A DNA stretch of 64,000 bases from an uncultured Alphaproteobacteria bacterium (GTDB lineage: Bacteria; Pseudomonadota; Alphaproteobacteria; RF32; CAG-239): positions 18,375 through 82,374 of the forward strand of contig CALXTE010000003.1 in the NCBI GenBank assembly GCA_944391345.1. Reading direction: 5' to 3'. The position numbers and the translations under genes were made by a program. Below the pieces are notes generated by a model. It was given only the letters and a program-made list of their open reading frames with translations. It searched no databases and was not told where the DNA came from. The first letter of the stretch is position 1. Every line of letters begins with the position of its first letter. Below, piece by piece: positions 60,538-64,000 of this stretch.

Positions 60538-60543
60538 GTCTTT

Positions 60544-60576
60544 AGCGCCTTTGATGAAGGCGCTTTGTCTTTTTTA
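60544..60576 (+). terminator. tRNA terminator (AGCGCCTT-TGATG-AAGGCGCT + T-run)
   Basis: Hairpin plus T-run. Confidence 0.65.
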
Positions 60577-61074
60577 GAACAAAGGATTGTAGGCCCATTG
60601 TAGGAGAGCTTGCCTTTGGCGCTTGCGGCAATCAATGTCACCGATATAGCAATTTTTTATGACTTGGGCTTTGTGGCGCTTAAAGGCTTTCCAGCGTTTG
60701 ATTTGTATGATGTCTATTTCAGGAAGTCTACGACCGTAGTAGTAACGGCAATACCACTGAAACCAGCCCCTGACATCCGGGGCGATTATCCAGCCTCTTT
60801 TTTGCCATTCGCTTAAAGGCAGGCGAGATTTTATTTGAAAATAATTTTGCTTGATGTCGGGGCAAGTTGGAGAGAGCCTGGCATTGGTAAACCATTCTTT
60901 GGGAAATTCTTGTTGGCAGTCGTTGAGGTAATGGCCTTCAAAAACCCCCATTTCAAGCATTTGTGGCGGCGTTAATTCCGGCGTGAAATCAGCGGCAAAG
61001 TTTGTTCCTGTTTTTTCGGTCAATTCATAGGTGTAACCCTGCTGCATTTTGTCGTCTACCCGTATTAATGTCAT
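60574..61074 (-). CDS. Hypothetical protein (166 aa, Trp/Tyr/Arg-rich), divergent from the DNA methyltransferase gene; candidate cognate nuclease
   Basis: Strong AAGGAG RBS before the ATG at 61074 (the longer track start at 61122 has none); possible PD...(E/D)xK-like residues APD / EIDIIQIK. Confidence 0.5.
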   Translation of the reverse strand: MTLIRVDDKMQQGYTYELTEKTGTNFAADFTPELTPPQMLEMGVFEGHYLNDCQQEFPKEWFTNARLSPTCPDIKQNYFQIKSRLPLSEWQKRGWIIAPDVRGWFQWYCRYYYGRRLPEIDIIQIKRWKAFKRHKAQVIKNCYIGDIDCRKRQRQALLQWAYNPLF

Positions 61075-61205
61075 GATATTGCTCCTTGAGTTTTTTACAA
61101 TATATTCACTTTGTGAAAACATGGCAAGAGTTTGGGATTATTCTGTTGACGCTCTTGCACTGATGGCTTAAATCGTATAATTTGGTGGTGTAAGAGAGGT
61201 TTTCT

Positions 61206-62006
61206 ATGGAAATGCTGGAAAAATATAAGTTATATAATGGTGATTGTTTTGAGGTGTTGAAAAATTTTCCTCCTGAAACGTTTGATATGATTTTTGCTGA
61301 TCCGCCTTATATGTTGTCCGGTGAGGGAACTGCTTGCAAAAACGGCAAGCTCGTTTCTATTAATAAAGGAAATTGGGATAAAAGCAACGGTATTGAAGAA
61401 GATTTTGAATTTCATAAAAAATGGTTGGCAATGTGTAAAGGTTTGCTTAAGCCGAACGGAACTATTTGGGTTTCGGGGACTTATCATAATATTCTTTCCT
61501 GCGGTTATGCCATGCTTTTGCTGAACTATCATATTCTTAATGATATTGTATGGTTTAAGCCTAATGCCAGTCCAAATATCTCTTGCAAATATTTTACGGC
61601 CAGTCACGAAAGTTTGCTTTGGGCCAGAAAAGATAAAAAAGCTAAGCATTATTTTAACTATAAGGCAATGAAGGAAGGGTATTTCCCTAATGATTTTATT
61701 AAAAAGCCTAATATGCAGATGCGTAGTGTTTGGGCCATTGCCGCAACAAAGCCCAGTGAAAAGCTCCACGGACGGCATCCGACGCAAAAGCCTTTGGAAT
61801 TGTTGGAACGCATTATTACGGCTTCTACCCAAGAAGGTGATTTGATTCTTGATCCGTTTATGGGGAGCGGAACAACCGGTGTGGCCGCCCTTAAGCTGGG
61901 TAGAAAATTTGTCGGGATTGATGCCGAAAAGCAATATGTTGAACTGGCTGAGCGGCGGATTTCAGAGGTCGTGAATAATCCGCAAATTACGGGACTGAAA
62001 TTATAA
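61206..62006 (+). CDS. N6-adenine DNA methyltransferase, beta class (CcrM/M.HinfI-like, GANTC-type), lacking the CcrM C-terminal domain
   Basis: Motifs FADPPY (IV) and DPFMGSGTT (I); 266 aa; AGAGAGG RBS. Confidence 0.9.
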   Translation: MEMLEKYKLYNGDCFEVLKNFPPETFDMIFADPPYMLSGEGTACKNGKLVSINKGNWDKSNGIEEDFEFHKKWLAMCKGLLKPNGTIWVSGTYHNILSCGYAMLLLNYHILNDIVWFKPNASPNISCKYFTASHESLLWARKDKKAKHYFNYKAMKEGYFPNDFIKKPNMQMRSVWAIAATKPSEKLHGRHPTQKPLELLERIITASTQEGDLILDPFMGSGTTGVAALKLGRKFVGIDAEKQYVELAERRISEVVNNPQITGLKL

Positions 62007-62015
62007 CAGGTTGCC

Positions 62016-62702
62016 ATGTATCGTCGTTTATCAGACATGGCCGATGAAAAGTATCGGCTTTTTGCCTTAAAGCTTTTGCCTGAGGTGTGTCAGGCAAAAT
62101 TGCTGGGGGTGCGGTTGCCGAATCTACGTCATTTGGCTAAAGAAATTGCCCGCGGTGATTATCAAAGCTTTTTGGCTCTTGAGGTGCCGCCGTTGTTTGA
62201 AGCGGAAATGCTGTTTGGTTTTGTTATTGGTTATGCGCCGCTGTCCGATGATGAAAAATTTTCTTATCTCGAGCGCTTTTTACCGTTGATTGACAACTGG
62301 TCGGTGTGTGACAGTGTGTGTTGTTCTCTTAAATTTTCGGATAAGAAAAAGCTGTGGCGCTGGCTTGAATCTAAATTAAAAGCTTGTTCTGCGCAAGAGT
62401 ATGTGGTGCGCTTTTGTTTTGTGATGATGTTGAATAATTTTGTTGCGGCAGATTATTTGCAACAAATCTTGACTTTGGTTCGGCAATGCCCTTCATCGGC
62501 TTATTATGTGAAAATGGCGCAGGCTTGGCTTTTGTCGGTTTTGTTTGTGGCTTTTCCCAAAGAGGTGGAGGCTTTTATTTTTGATAAAAAAACCGATGCT
62601 TTACTCCTTTCGCTCACGGTGCAGAAAATTTGTGATTCCCTGCGGGTTGCGCCAAGTGTAAAGCAAAGGTTGCGTTTGTTAAAAAAGAGTTTTGTGTCTT
62701 AG
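62016..62702 (+). CDS. DNA alkylation repair (AlkD-like HEAT-repeat) protein, 10 nt downstream of the methyltransferase
   Basis: Helical repeat composition with DNWSVCD and YVVRF motifs. Confidence 0.5.
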   Translation: MYRRLSDMADEKYRLFALKLLPEVCQAKLLGVRLPNLRHLAKEIARGDYQSFLALEVPPLFEAEMLFGFVIGYAPLSDDEKFSYLERFLPLIDNWSVCDSVCCSLKFSDKKKLWRWLESKLKACSAQEYVVRFCFVMMLNNFVAADYLQQILTLVRQCPSSAYYVKMAQAWLLSVLFVAFPKEVEAFIFDKKTDALLLSLTVQKICDSLRVAPSVKQRLRLLKKSFVS

Positions 62703-64000
62703 TGCCAGGGTAATTCGGTTTGTTGGTGGCAGTATAGATATTTTGTTCCCAGCTGTTTTATGGTATAGCGGTAGCCAATGGCGACAATCAACGAAGCTCC
62801 AATCCAAGCAATCGGGCTGGCTAAACATATTCCTACATATCCAAAGTTTGCTGCTAAAACTATTGCCGCAAAAGAACGAAGTAAAAGCTCGGCAACGCTT
62901 GAAATTACTGGCATGAGCGGTTTCCCCAGTCCTTGTAAGGCGTTGCGGTAGATGAAGATTTGACCTAAGAAAAAGTAAAATAAGACACTAATATTTAAGT
63001 AAGCTTTGGCTTGGCGAATAACTTCTTGATTGTCTTCTTTAACAAAAATTTGAACCATGTTTTCGCCGATTGTGAAAATCATAATCGCCATAAAAATGCT
63101 TAAGCCCAAAGATATCATCGAGCAGTTGAAAACGCCTCTTCTGATGCGGCCGATTAAGCCCGCGCCATAGTTTTGGGCAACGTAGGTGGCCATGGCAATG
63201 CCAAAAGAAACCATCGGCTGTACCGCTAATTGTTCTATTCTGGAGGCCGAGGTAAAAGCAGCAATCGTATTCGGGCCAAAAGAATTGCACACACTTTGTA
63301 AAACAATGCTGCCCAGAGCGATAATTGAAAACTGAATCGACATCGGAATCGCAATTTCCAAGTGCTCTTTGCAAAAAGCCCAGTCAAAGCGCCAGTCTTT
63401 TTTGGTGATTCTTAAAATCGGATATTTTCTGTGAATGTGGATGTAGCACAAAATGACGGAAAGGCTTAGCGCCGTTACCGTGCCTAGTGCCGAACCTCTG
63501 ACGCCAAGGCTGACATATTTTATCAAAACAAAGTTTAAGATGACATTGATAATAGTGGCAAATATCAGAAAATACAGCGGGGTTTTGCTGTCGCCCAAGG
63601 CTCTTAGCAGACTGGCCAAAAGATTGTAATAAACAATCATGATTAATCCCATGGTGATGACTTTCATGAAGTCATAGGCTTGGGCAAATATTTCTTGCGG
63701 AACATTCATCCATTGCAAAAGTCTGGGTAATATGAGCAAGGTTATGCCGCTTATGCATAAGGTATAAGCCCCGCAGATGAGAATCGAGGCAGCGGCCGAG
63801 CGGCGGACATTCTTTATATCATTAGCACCGAATCTTTGTGCTGTTATAACCGTTAAGCCCGAGGTGAAGCCAATGGTCAAACCCATTAATAAAAAGAACA
63901 ACGGGCCGGTCGAGCCAACAGCGGCCAAAGAATTTACACCCAAAAGGCGGCCGACGATAATCGTGTCCGAGATGCTGTATATTTGCTGAAAAACATTGCC
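62699..64000 (-). CDS. MATE family efflux transporter (N-terminus beyond the window end)
   Basis: 12-TM MATE similarity; in-frame extension upstream (...DTIIVGRLLGVNSLAAVG) continues to the window edge. Confidence 0.85.
   Translation of the reverse strand, partial: GNVFQQIYSISDTIIVGRLLGVNSLAAVGSTGPLFFLLMGLTIGFTSGLTVITAQRFGANDIKNVRRSAAASILICGAYTLCISGITLLILPRLLQWMNVPQEIFAQAYDFMKVITMGLIMIVYYNLLASLLRALGDSKTPLYFLIFATIINVILNFVLIKYVSLGVRGSALGTVTALSLSVILCYIHIHRKYPILRITKKDWRFDWAFCKEHLEIAIPMSIQFSIIALGSIVLQSVCNSFGPNTIAAFTSASRIEQLAVQPMVSFGIAMATYVAQNYGAGLIGRIRRGVFNCSMISLGLSIFMAIMIFTIGENMVQIFVKEDNQEVIRQAKAYLNISVLFYFFLGQIFIYRNALQGLGKPLMPVISSVAELLLRSFAAIVLAANFGYVGICLASPIAWIGASLIVAIGYRYTIKQLGTKYLYCHQQTELPWH

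Noticed and set aside
61230-61934. 234-aa minus-strand ORF
   Set aside because: It is antisense to the well-supported DNA methyltransferase gene.
60461-62702. Classical tRNA-integrated genomic island
   Set aside because: No integrase or recombinase is present, and no direct repeat of the tRNA 3' end was detected downstream. It is called an accessory locus only.

Overview
The window is mostly a conserved chromosomal backbone of a low-GC (about 38-40%) Gram-negative bacterium. Gene order and families point to an alphaproteobacterium: rimP-nusA-ylxR/L7Ae-infB, truB-rpsO-pnp, pth-rplY, ychF, thyA, rsmB, DUF3576 lipoprotein-leuS-lptE-holA, ndk, pta-ackA, cdnL, apaG, ddl-miaA, mreBCD-mrdA-rodA, murJ, DUF2333, nfu, DUF2336, engB-yidC-yidD-rnpA-rpmH, dnaB, rpmB. 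No transposase, integrase or CRISPR array was seen. Non-backbone content sits in four places. (1) An exactly repeated 17-mer promoter-like element (T-run + GTTGACTTTTGTCTAAT) lies about 60 nt upstream of three genes: two unrecognisable ORFs and thyA. The two unknown ORFs also share a near-identical rho-independent terminator, so they look like portable promoter-ORF-terminator modules. One of them occupies the place where rbfA normally lies between infB and truB. (2) A family of ~125-bp structured intergenic repeats (two subtypes) follows infB and pnp and forms a 0.5-kb cluster before pth. One unit is interrupted by a 100-nt insert that ends in a terminator (candidate sRNA), next to a small XRE-type HTH regulator. 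(3) An AT-rich insert of three small membrane-protein genes (two tandem paralogs with duplicated 5' regions) lies between trmL and rplY. (4) A tRNA-Arg(CCG)-linked accessory locus carries a hypothetical gene, a short CcrM/M.HinfI-like N6-adenine DNA methyltransferase lacking the CcrM C-terminal domain, and a co-operonic AlkD-like DNA alkylation-repair (HEAT-repeat) gene. The methyltransferase is transcribed divergently from a 166-aa unknown protein that has a strong RBS and could be a cognate nuclease. Many antisense ORFs in the six-frame track (inside infB, pnp, nusA, mreB and others) are judged spurious.
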